Below are positions 20,171 to 29,606 of a stretch of 44,005 nt of DNA, one piece after another. Both the position numbers and the translations under genes were made by a program. The stretch is taken from the IMG/VR virus record IMGVR_UViG_2579778573_000005; one strand, written 5' to 3'. The notes under the pieces are model-generated. The model was not told the origin of the DNA. It worked only from the letters and a program-made list of their open reading frames with translations, and did not search any database. Every line of letters starts with the position of its first letter. Position 1 is the stretch's first letter. This stretch comes from a virus (Duplodnaviria; Heunggongvirae; Uroviricota; Caudoviricetes).

Positions 20171-20650
20171 CTACGCTTCTGAGATAGATTTCTCAGCATT
20201 CACCAATGGAAGTGATTGTGGAACATCCGTTTGACCTGCTGGCCAGCGGTAGCCTGTTACGCGGGAACGAGGAAAAGCTTTGATATTTACTTCATCTGCC
20301 TGGTTGCCCCCCAAAATCATTAAATCCCCGGCGGCATTTTTCCCGACAACAAAGCCGACGTGACCACCGCCAGACCGAGACAGAATAGCAATGCATCCAT
20401 AGGCGGGTTCCTTCAGTTCATTACCCCAATCGAGATAAGAATTCGCAGACTCAAAACGCGTTGAGCGAATACCCGCACGTTCCAGCATTGCCCCGGTGAA
20501 AGCAGCGCACCACGGTGTTTCGTCATCCTTAATGCCGCCGCGTTTGATATCTTTCCAGTACTGCACAATTTCTGCAGCATGTTGCTTCCCTTTCATTTCC
20601 CGAATGCCGAGGTTTTTTCGAGCCTCGATTAGCCATTTAGGATCCGTCAT
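20171..20650 (-). CDS. Putative endolysin (cell-wall hydrolase)
   Basis: Track ORF 159 aa between holin-like genes and lipoprotein; Cys-containing PWCAAF motif. Confidence 0.45.
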   Translation of the reverse strand: MTDPKWLIEARKNLGIREMKGKQHAAEIVQYWKDIKRGGIKDDETPWCAAFTGAMLERAGIRSTRFESANSYLDWGNELKEPAYGCIAILSRSGGGHVGFVVGKNAAGDLMILGGNQADEVNIKAFPRSRVTGYRWPAGQTDVPQSLPLVNAEKSISEA

Positions 20651-20922
20651 TACCTGTCTCCTGTTATTTTTGAAATATTCCCTCGTGCCCGCCAGACAGC
20701 AATACAGATGGTGAGGTTGAGAAAGAACTCTGCGGGATCAACCTGCGTATATTTCCCGTAAAAAATTCGTAGGGCTATCCACGCAGCAGACAGAATCGCG
20801 AGGTAAGCAGTTAGTGAGATGAAAAAACGATAGCGGCCTGTTTTTTGAAAAAACATCAACCGTAGTGCCAACATCAGACAAATAATTGCATTGGCATTGA
20901 TGAGGACAGAGTGCAGGGTCAT
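20650..20922 (-). CDS. Holin/antiholin-like small membrane protein
   Basis: Track ORF 90 aa; hydrophobic segments; 1-nt overlaps with flanking genes. Confidence 0.45.
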   Translation of the reverse strand: MTLHSVLINANAIICLMLALRLMFFQKTGRYRFFISLTAYLAILSAAWIALRIFYGKYTQVDPAEFFLNLTICIAVWRARGNISKITGDR

Positions 20923-21305
20923 TATTTCATCCCCTTATCTGATTTCCATAAACGAGCTTGTGACATGATCCGCAACAGTGATGTAACGCTGATTACTGAT
21001 GCAACCAGTGCACCAATGGCGGGAGAGACTTTTACTGTTACGGGAGGGTTCAGGTGACTCAGCACCGCGTTCAGAATACCGGTAATGATGGCTGACGCTG
21101 TCTCAGCGCAATACACACCGCCAACAAACGAAATGAGTGCGAAAATAACCTGCTTCCAGAATCGATGCTGCCCGGACGACAACACATAGAGAGCTGCGCC
21201 TGCCAGCGCACAGATCATCACTGCAGGTGTTGCCTCAGGAAATAACGCAGCAAACGTCACCCCCGCCGAGCCAGCAGCAACGCCAGCGGTTAGAGGTTCA
21301 GACAT
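20922..21305 (-). CDS. Holin-like membrane protein
   Basis: Track ORF 20922-21386; likely start at internal ATG 21305 preceded by AGGAAA; three hydrophobic segments. Confidence 0.5.
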   Translation of the reverse strand: MSEPLTAGVAAGSAGVTFAALFPEATPAVMICALAGAALYVLSSGQHRFWKQVIFALISFVGGVYCAETASAIITGILNAVLSHLNPPVTVKVSPAIGALVASVISVTSLLRIMSQARLWKSDKGMK

Positions 21306-21389
21306 GATTTTTCCTGATTCAGAAACGACAAAACCCCGCCGTGGCGAGGTTCTTAGAAATTTGGCAACATACCAAATTAGCGTCAAATA

Positions 21390-21425
21390 TGGCCTATTTT
21401 GTTCGTTTTTGCAAGCATTATACGC
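21390..21425 (-). promoter_or_regulatory. Candidate late promoter / Q-utilisation region
   Basis: Minus strand TATAAT at 21417-21422 immediately after the Q-like gene stop and upstream of the holin gene. Confidence 0.4.
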
Positions 21426-22089
21426 AAACGTCGTCTAAATGGTTCTGATAATGATGCAAAGTTGCAAGAAGTGCCACTTCATCAAGTGCTCTCACCGCCT
21501 CTTTCATTCCTACCCAGTGCAGGGAGTATGTTTCGCACCAGGTGGAACGAGAAACCGACAGCATTCCTGCTAGGGTAGATCCGGCCATCTCCTTAAAATC
21601 CTCGCGTTTATTTGCTGCTGCGACCGCCTGCACGGACAACCACACCAACGAAAGCAGGCGCTTAACTACTTTTCTCTGAGTTGACGCGGGGATGTTTCCT
21701 TTATAGCGACTCCAGACAGCCTCACAAATAGCTGTTTGGTGTTTGAATGCCAGGTTACCACCGTAGCAATAACGCAACCACGCTTGCTGACTTGCATCCA
21801 GCGAGTTCACAGAACGCCGCCAGGATGAATCAGCAAATTCAAAATCACTCATCGGCGGCGCGGGGCGACGTCTGCTGAAACTTTCCAGAGCGTAAACTGG
21901 CGTAACCAGAGCATCAACGGTCCGGTCCTCCAGCTGCACACGGTGAATATGTTTGCGTGGGTATGCGTTTTTGTCTGCCGGTGGGTGCTCACACAATGCT
22001 TCCAGTTGCCCCTTAGAACCACCAGACAAATCCCGCAATGCAGCGCGCAGTTTTATGCGGGTATATTCCAATAAATACTCGTTACTCAT
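21418..22089 (-). CDS. Putative late antiterminator Q-like protein
   Basis: Track ORF 223 aa; between a ybcO-like gene and the lysis cassette. Confidence 0.45.
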   Translation of the reverse strand: MSNEYLLEYTRIKLRAALRDLSGGSKGQLEALCEHPPADKNAYPRKHIHRVQLEDRTVDALVTPVYALESFSRRRPAPPMSDFEFADSSWRRSVNSLDASQQAWLRYCYGGNLAFKHQTAICEAVWSRYKGNIPASTQRKVVKRLLSLVWLSVQAVAAANKREDFKEMAGSTLAGMLSVSRSTWCETYSLHWVGMKEAVRALDEVALLATLHHYQNHLDDVCV

Positions 22090-22382
22090 CAGATAAACTC
22101 CTCATCGCGCCAGATAGCCAGTGTTCTGAAAACTCCCTCAGCGTGCATCAACAACAATGAGTCGTGCTCGTAATCCGTTTTTGTACGTCCGTCGATGGCA
22201 TCGTGACACGCACTGCAGGCGATAGCGCCCTGCATATCGTGAGGTTTGATGGCTGTGCCGCACGTTCCGGCGAGACGATAATGAGCCAGTACGCTGGTTT
22301 CAGGATTGTGATTGCACACACCGGGGATACGCACAGTACAAGCGCGACTGCGTGCAGCTTTTCTCAGGTCGATTTTTTTCAT
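22089..22382 (-). CDS. DUF1364 family protein (YbcO-like)
   Basis: Track ORF 97 aa; resembles E. coli YbcO (RIPGVCN.NPETSVLAH, IACSACHD motifs). Confidence 0.6.
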   Translation of the reverse strand: MKKIDLRKAARSRACTVRIPGVCNHNPETSVLAHYRLAGTCGTAIKPHDMQGAIACSACHDAIDGRTKTDYEHDSLLLMHAEGVFRTLAIWRDEEFI

Positions 22383-22975
22383 GATGTGTAATCCAGCAGC
22401 TGCGCGGCGGCATTTTCAGCGGCCTCCTGAGAGGCAAATGTGCGGAACAAAATATAATTCCACAGCACATCTAAAACGGCTGAATACAGTTGACCGAACT
22501 CAAGATCGTCCATCGCTGCAAACGAGATTGAACGAGGTACGCGCATCAAACTGCCGTCTGGCATCTGATGAACGTCATAAAACCCAGCTTCCATAATCGC
22601 CCATGCGCGAAACGCCTCGAACGACTTCACCGCACTGATACTCCCCGCGCGCTTTTCCGACTCATCGAGAAGATACTGATCAGCCAGCTCTGCCATGACA
22701 TCACCGTGTCCACCGTAATACGCCAGTAACTTAACGTAGCCGTGAACCAGTTCGCGCTCCGCAGGAGAAATAGCCCCTCCGGACGGATGCCAGTAATCAA
22801 AGCCCAGGTTGAGAAGTGAGAAAAATTTACGATGAAACGCGGGATTACGCGCCTGTTTGAAATCTGCATACACAACAGCACCTGGTTTGACTCGTTCAGT
22901 CAACCAGCGTTGCGTGTCTGGTGTCGCGGGTATTAGCGAACCGCCGGATACCCTGATAAATGAATGCTGCGCCAT
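22379..22975 (-). CDS. nin-region protein (DUF1367-like)
   Basis: Track ORF 198 aa. Confidence 0.45.
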   Translation of the reverse strand: MAQHSFIRVSGGSLIPATPDTQRWLTERVKPGAVVYADFKQARNPAFHRKFFSLLNLGFDYWHPSGGAISPAERELVHGYVKLLAYYGGHGDVMAELADQYLLDESEKRAGSISAVKSFEAFRAWAIMEAGFYDVHQMPDGSLMRVPRSISFAAMDDLEFGQLYSAVLDVLWNYILFRTFASQEAAENAAAQLLDYTS

Positions 22976-23052
22976 GGTTAACTCCAGGTGGCGCGGCAGT
23001 GTTCAGAAAATGGTGCCGGGTGTTCAATCCAGCACCGATATTATACCGTGTT

Positions 23053-23232
23053 TTACGCGTCAGGGGGTGTAATAGTATATCCAGCTATTTCTGCCAACTC
23101 GAGAAACGCCATCAGGCTGGCAATCCGCTCATCATCGGTCAGAACACGCACACCAACGATGTGTCCGTCCTTACGCTTGATAACAGCCCGGCATGTTTCC
23201 GGTAGTTCGCCTATAGATTCTTGAATATTCAT
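23053..23232 (-). CDS. Small protein under a LexA box (candidate SOS-inducible antirepressor)
   Basis: 59 codons from ATG 23232 (track ORF extends to a TTG at 23253); G-rich RBS; LexA box 20 bp upstream. Confidence 0.45.
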   Translation of the reverse strand: MNIQESIGELPETCRAVIKRKDGHIVGVRVLTDDERIASLMAFLELAEIAGYTITPPDA

Positions 23233-23252
23233 GTCTTCCCCCCAATGCCACA

Positions 23253-23272
23253 ACCTGTATATTTATACAGTA
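23253..23272. promoter_or_regulatory. LexA (SOS) box
   Basis: ACCTGTATATTTATACAGTA = CTGT-N8-ACAG with AT-rich spacer, near-perfect match to the enterobacterial consensus. Confidence 0.65.
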
Positions 23273-23383
23273 TTTTATGGCATTTGTCATAACGCCAAAT
23301 ACAATGAGGGAATAATGAACAATTATATTCACGTCGTGAATTTTATTAAACGGTTTTATAGGGGATTAAACCGTTTATGGTCA

Positions 23384-24025
23384 TTATTTATCACTCCTGT
23401 AAATTGGAATTAACCATTTTCTAATCGTCGACGCTGCAGGTGGGTCAGAGTATTTCGCCACAAAAATACCGGATATGTATTGCACGCCACGCGATAATGG
23501 CGCTGTCGGGTTTTCAGTAAAAAAACGATCAGCCAGTTCAATGGCTTCGCTTTTTAATCTGTGCTGTGGTCGTCCTCCGCCCTTTGTTCCCAGGTATCGC
23601 GCCAGTTGTTTGAAACGGTAGGCGATGATTAACGGTCGCATCATCATATTGAAAAAATCGCGGGCATCGTTGTCAGCGCCTTGCGCTATCAACAGTGCAA
23701 AAAACAGATACGGGATTATGTACACTTCAGGAGATATACGAACCCGTTCACAAGTTGGTGGAGCCAACTCAATAAGTAAGTCAGCCAGCGGATTCCCCTT
23801 TTCTCCACGTTTGTAATAGCGATACAGCGGCCCGATATCAAGTTCACTCACGTCGATTTCAGGATGCCCGGCAACGACTGTACGTATCTCTTCTGCCAGA
23901 GCGTCAAATATTGCCCCGGTCCGTTCAAGATAGAGCCTCCGGGTCGAACCGCGATCATCCAACGCCCGTAACATATCTAACCGGCTAACGAAAGTTTCAG
24001 GCCAGTCCTCATAGAAGGTTTTCAT
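23384..24025 (-). CDS. Hypothetical protein (213 aa)
   Basis: Track ORF 23384-24061 starts at GTG; internal ATG 24025 has a GAGGT RBS. Confidence 0.45.
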   Translation of the reverse strand: MKTFYEDWPETFVSRLDMLRALDDRGSTRRLYLERTGAIFDALAEEIRTVVAGHPEIDVSELDIGPLYRYYKRGEKGNPLADLLIELAPPTCERVRISPEVYIIPYLFFALLIAQGADNDARDFFNMMMRPLIIAYRFKQLARYLGTKGGGRPQHRLKSEAIELADRFFTENPTAPLSRGVQYISGIFVAKYSDPPAASTIRKWLIPIYRSDK

Positions 24026-24047
24026 AATTACCTCGAATAATAAAAAC

Positions 24048-24062
24048 TGCACTATTTGCACA
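24048..24062. promoter_or_regulatory. Palindromic operator-like site 1 (TGCA-C..TGCAC type)
   Basis: TGCACTATTTGCACA in the 5' region of the 213-aa gene. Confidence 0.35.
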
Positions 24063-24268
24063 ATTTATTATTCGTTTTCACGCCGCTGAGTTCTATAAAA
24101 AAGAAAAAACCTCCGAGGCAGGGTTTTGTTATGGCTCGTTAAATCATCATCCAACTTTTTAGACTGAACGGTGATACTTGCAAATATTTGAAAATATGGG
24201 CTGGAACCCTATCTTATGATGTGCCTGGTAATTTATATTGTTGGGTCTTTATATCATGAGGAATCACT

Positions 24269-24502
24269 ATGGGTACGTTAGGCAACCAGCCGTGCAGAAG
24301 TCGTTATGAGTTCGATGATTTTAATTTAGCCAATCGAGCTGCGGCTCTTACTAAGTTAGCAAAAGAAACTGGTGTATCGGTGGATACCTTAATCAAACTT
24401 GAAATTGCTATGCAACTGAATCGGCTCAACTCCATCCTTATCGAAAACGGTGACAAGATGGACGAGAATCTGGCAGGTATTGGCGAGATACTGCAGAAGT
24501 GA
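24269..24502 (+). CDS. Small putative HTH DNA-binding protein
   Basis: Track ORF 77 aa; GAGGAA RBS; helix-turn-helix-like LTKLAKETGVSVDTLIKLE. Confidence 0.35.
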   Translation: MGTLGNQPCRSRYEFDDFNLANRAAALTKLAKETGVSVDTLIKLEIAMQLNRLNSILIENGDKMDENLAGIGEILQK

Positions 24503-24811
24503 GAGTAGCCCCTCTTCTGAGGGGTTGCACATTTAAAATATTAAGGGCGGTCTTCTTCACGTACACAGTCACCTGGTCGAATCGTTCACGCATACTGAGT
24601 ACAAAAAATCTCAACGATAAGATCAGGTTAGACCTGTATTTTCCAGAAACATATAGACGCCTAAAAAAACACTAAACTCATGATTATCATGTATGTTTTT
24701 ACTGGAAACATTGAACCATCCACAATACAGCGTAAAAAGCAAGCAATTCACAAGATTTTAAAGTGATTTATCTGGAAGACTTTACTACTAACAGTTAATA
24801 TCGTACCAGAA

Positions 24812-24826
24812 GTGCAGAATTTGCAC
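24812..24826. promoter_or_regulatory. Palindromic operator-like site 2
   Basis: GTGCAGAATTTGCAC (perfect 5-5-5 inverted repeat) ~75 bp upstream of the peptidase gene. Confidence 0.4.
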
Positions 24827-24900
24827 TTTTACAGGAATGTGGTACGGAACATGCTGTCTATATTTCAACCAATAATCGTAATGCAGTAACTGGAGGAGCT

Positions 24901-25389
24901 ATGGCTACCAACCCAAGAGAGCACGCCCGGCGAGTGCTGGACACGTTCTGGTGCGGGCGTGGTTTCCCTGTTGATCCAGCGAAAATTGCTCACGACATGG
25001 GATTAGATGTTTTTATTACCGATCTTCCTGGGAAAGTTTCTGGCGCACTGATTAAACAAAAAGATCAAGATCCAGCGATCTTTCTAAACAGTGATGACAA
25101 CAAAGTTCGTCAACGTTTTTCATGTGGGCATGAGTTGGGGCATTACATCGCCCGGCAAGCATCGCATAGCGATGAATATGAGTACGTTGATTTACGTGGC
25201 GAAACCGCAAGCGCCGGAACGCATCCTGATGAAATTTTTGCAAACAAGTTCGCAGCAGAACTTCTGATGCCGGTAGATGAGGTCAGAAAACTGCACGCTG
25301 ACGGTCAACCAAGTTATATAATGGCGCATTATTTTGGCGTATCTGACGATGCGATGACTTATCGTTTAAAGAACTTGAGGTTGGGGTAA
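24901..25389 (+). CDS. ImmA/IrrE-family Zn-metallopeptidase (COG2856/DUF955-like)
   Basis: Track ORF 162 aa; HELGH (HEXXH) motif and downstream EIFANKFAAELLMP motif typical of ImmA/IrrE; GGAGGAG RBS. Confidence 0.8.
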   Translation: MATNPREHARRVLDTFWCGRGFPVDPAKIAHDMGLDVFITDLPGKVSGALIKQKDQDPAIFLNSDDNKVRQRFSCGHELGHYIARQASHSDEYEYVDLRGETASAGTHPDEIFANKFAAELLMPVDEVRKLHADGQPSYIMAHYFGVSDDAMTYRLKNLRLG

Positions 25390-25398
25390 CGCTTTAAA

Positions 25399-26004
25399 AT
25401 GCCATCGGATGACGATTTTAACAGCCGTTTCAAACAGGAAGTAGCACGCAGACTGAAGGATTCCCTCAACCTACACCGTCAGTTAGCAGAAGAGGTTGAG
25501 CCGGAGGACGATGAAACTCCGGTTCAGTCTCCTGACGAAGCTTCACCTCAGCCAAAGGTTTCGCACGCCCCCAAAAAAACGGCTGTCCGTATTCGCGGAA
25601 TAGCCAGAAAAAGAGCTGCCGAAGCTCGCAAAATGGCTGTAGCTGCGTCTAGCAAAAGAATTCCAACTGCTACACCCTCTCAACAAGTCACCCGTACTGA
25701 GAGTAAAATCTTGACCGAGTTCACATCTGTGAAACAGGTGAATTCACTTGATACCGAGCATGAGCGCAAACAACTCAACAACAAAGATTTTGAAGCAGAA
25801 ATCGCTCTAAAAAAACGATACGGGAAATGGTTCCTGATTATCCTTGCTTTCCAACTTCTGATAATGAATGGTGTATTTATTGCCGACGGCGCAGGTAAGC
25901 TGGAATTTGAGGATTTAACACTACAGTTGTACATGGGCGGTACTTTGACAGAGGTATTCGGCCTCGTGCTGGTCGTGACAAAATACCTTTTTAAACGCAA
26001 GTAA
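25399..26004 (+). CDS. Membrane-anchored protein, unknown function
   Basis: Track ORF 201 aa; 10 bp after the peptidase gene; charged N-terminal region, two C-terminal hydrophobic helices. Confidence 0.6.
   Translation: MPSDDDFNSRFKQEVARRLKDSLNLHRQLAEEVEPEDDETPVQSPDEASPQPKVSHAPKKTAVRIRGIARKRAAEARKMAVAASSKRIPTATPSQQVTRTESKILTEFTSVKQVNSLDTEHERKQLNNKDFEAEIALKKRYGKWFLIILAFQLLIMNGVFIADGAGKLEFEDLTLQLYMGGTLTEVFGLVLVVTKYLFKRK
25933..26004 (+). repeat. Direct repeat copy A (last 24 codons of the membrane protein gene)
   Basis: 72 bp, ~90% identical to 30609-30680. Confidence 0.8.
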
Positions 26005-26028
26005 CTCTCTCGGTCCAACAGTCTTTCG

Positions 26029-26050
26029 AAGGCCCTGATCAAAGGGCCTT
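26029..26050 (+). terminator. Hairpin after the peptidase/membrane-protein operon
   Basis: AAGGCCCT-GATCAA-AGGGCCTT, 8-bp stem; weak T content downstream. Confidence 0.4.
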
Positions 26051-26249
26051 GATAAATTAGCAGTGCGTTGAAAACAGATAGTTATTCCCATCAGTTCCAA
26101 CGTAATACACATCAAAAAAATCACCATTCTTTTGCTCTAACGTCAACACCTACCCTTAAAAAAATAATTCTCCAAGAATGAGAAAGTTATTGTGTGTATT
26201 AGATAAGATATGAGCTGACACATCTATGGCGTGGAGCCAAATTTAATAT

Positions 26250-26281
26250 GACAGTCCGCTCTGTGCCATAAGCGGACTGTC
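26250..26281. terminator. 10-bp perfect inverted repeat hairpin between convergent genes
   Basis: GACAGTCCGC ... GCGGACTGTC with 12-nt loop. Confidence 0.35.
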
Positions 26282-26466
26282 AATAAACAGATTCACTTGT
26301 AAATCTTGAAGCTATACATATTTACTTTCAATGATAAATAAAAGAACTATCCAAAAATCACTGAGAGCATATTTTAACTAACCCTCCGCTACTATTAACA
26401 TAAATTTCACCCAACCATAATTAAATTGATACATATAGCAACTTACCTTGATACGAATCATCTGGG

Positions 26467-27165
26467 TTATATTTTTCCATATTTTTTTCCGTCAAATCGA
26501 ATCATGCCAGGATCAAGAAAATTAATTAAATCGATTAACGCGTGCTGTATTCTGATTAGCCTTTCTTTATAAATTCCGATATCTCTTGTCATATTTATCA
26601 CTTCATTGTTTAAATCTAAAAAAAATGGCTCATTGATAAAGCAATTTTCCTTTGTGAAACTGCCGTAACCTATGCAATCAAATCCAGTATCTGTTGATAT
26701 CAGCATCTTTTCTGCAATAGCTCTCTGCTCTCCTATGAAAAACATAAAATACTGACCAAAGACGTCTGTTTGGATTAATGAGTTAATATTGTTCTGTAAT
26801 CTAATAAACTCCCTCATTTTTTTATTTTTTTCTAGGCTAAGGTATTGAATGTCTATGCGGGCAGCTTCTGTCCATGCAAAAAACTGGGAAAAAAGAAAAA
26901 CAGTATTGTTGATAACATAATCTTGTTGGCGCTTATTCCCATTATGATAAAACTCTTCAATGAACCCCAATTCTAATATATTATAAATACGGCTTTGTAA
27001 GTCTGAAGCTGAGCGAATTAACGGTTCAATATAGTACTGATGTTTTCTCCTTACATCCAGTGATTCATTGAGCTTGTTTATTCTATTCTGATTATAAGTA
27101 GATATAGCAATAGAGATTATAGCTATTGCACCACTAATAAAGCTTGAAATTAATGCCGTACCCAT
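26467..27165 (-). CDS. AT-rich gene for N-terminally membrane-anchored protein, unknown function (accessory candidate)
   Basis: Track ORF 232 aa; one N-terminal hydrophobic helix; markedly lower GC than flanking phage genes. Confidence 0.55.
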   Translation of the reverse strand: MGTALISSFISGAIAIISIAISTYNQNRINKLNESLDVRRKHQYYIEPLIRSASDLQSRIYNILELGFIEEFYHNGNKRQQDYVINNTVFLFSQFFAWTEAARIDIQYLSLEKNKKMREFIRLQNNINSLIQTDVFGQYFMFFIGEQRAIAEKMLISTDTGFDCIGYGSFTKENCFINEPFFLDLNNEVINMTRDIGIYKERLIRIQHALIDLINFLDPGMIRFDGKKYGKI

Positions 27166-28305
27166 CTAAAAGTCCTTTGATTCTTGCTTGGTTAACAAAA
27201 TGACATAATTTTATTTAATGCCATAACAACTTAACAATATATCATAATATGATTATTATGGTGTAGCTTGTCGCATCTACGCTCCATTACAAACAGATGT
27301 AAGATATAACCTATATGTTTTAGCCAGCAAATTCGAAAGCATTCAAAGTAGTCTCATCGAACTCTCGAAACCCTATGTCTTCGGGTATAAAATATTTAAA
27401 TCCATTTGCATAATATCGACTCATGTTTATTATATTCTCCCCATTCACCATTAAGATTTGACATTATTTTCAACAATCGGTTATTGCAAGATTGAAATAT
27501 ATTTTTACTTGACACAATATTCCATGTAGCCCAGCGATTCGACTTACCCCCAACTATACGGACAATCTAAATTAAATCGATGATTTTTTGATACATTCTC
27601 CTCTCTCCATTACTTTATGTTTTTGTTCCCCAAAAATACCTTGCTCTCTAAAAAATAATTGTTCTTTAAGTTCAAAATCGAGATCTACATGAGCGTTAGA
27701 TACAAAGCTAATATGTTGAAATGTCTTTCCCCCCCCCATAACGGCATTGTTATCTAAACTATGTTACACAAATATAATATTACCCTTTCAACGTAATCCA
27801 AGAATAAGATTAATGCCATTATATATATCATAAATATGATATTTTGTATATTTTTATCATTTAGCCTTGATTGTACTAGGTGTACTCTCAACGAAGTAGG
27901 GAAAGTCTGTTCCTCGCTCACAGCTGCCCTTCAGTAAGCGAAAAAATGCCTACTCGGTGCCATATACAGCCATTGTTATTAACAGCAGGGAATAATTCAA
28001 AACTGAAATTAAATATCTACCTTTTACAGTAGAAATAGTTCCTCCAGGACACTATCCATTGCCGGGCACAATCACTCGGGGTATAACGATATAAAATATG
28101 TTCATGATAGTGCAGGTTCGTATATTAAGTTCAGCAGCGAAAACATGCCTTACAGGTTTCCGGTTTTGGGAGCGTCGTTACAGGATCCTGCGCATACCGT
28201 TCCCATCTGTTGAATTAAAGGTTTCACAGCCTTTGCCGATATCACCTTTTACCTTACCTGTGATGCGTTCAGTGCTGAAGTGGTCAACAAAAACTGGCCA
28301 CCGAG

Positions 28306-29453
<1,148 letters not shown>

Positions 29454-29606
29454 TATGGCACCTGTGTTGTTCTGAGGTGAGCATATCACCTCTGTTCAGG
29501 TGGCCAAATTCAGTAAACCACTTCATGCTCAGCGTTGTTTACTGTAGCTCTCGGGACTGATTACAGACCGCGTCTTAAAAACCAATCCTTACTCTAAAGG
29601 GAATTC

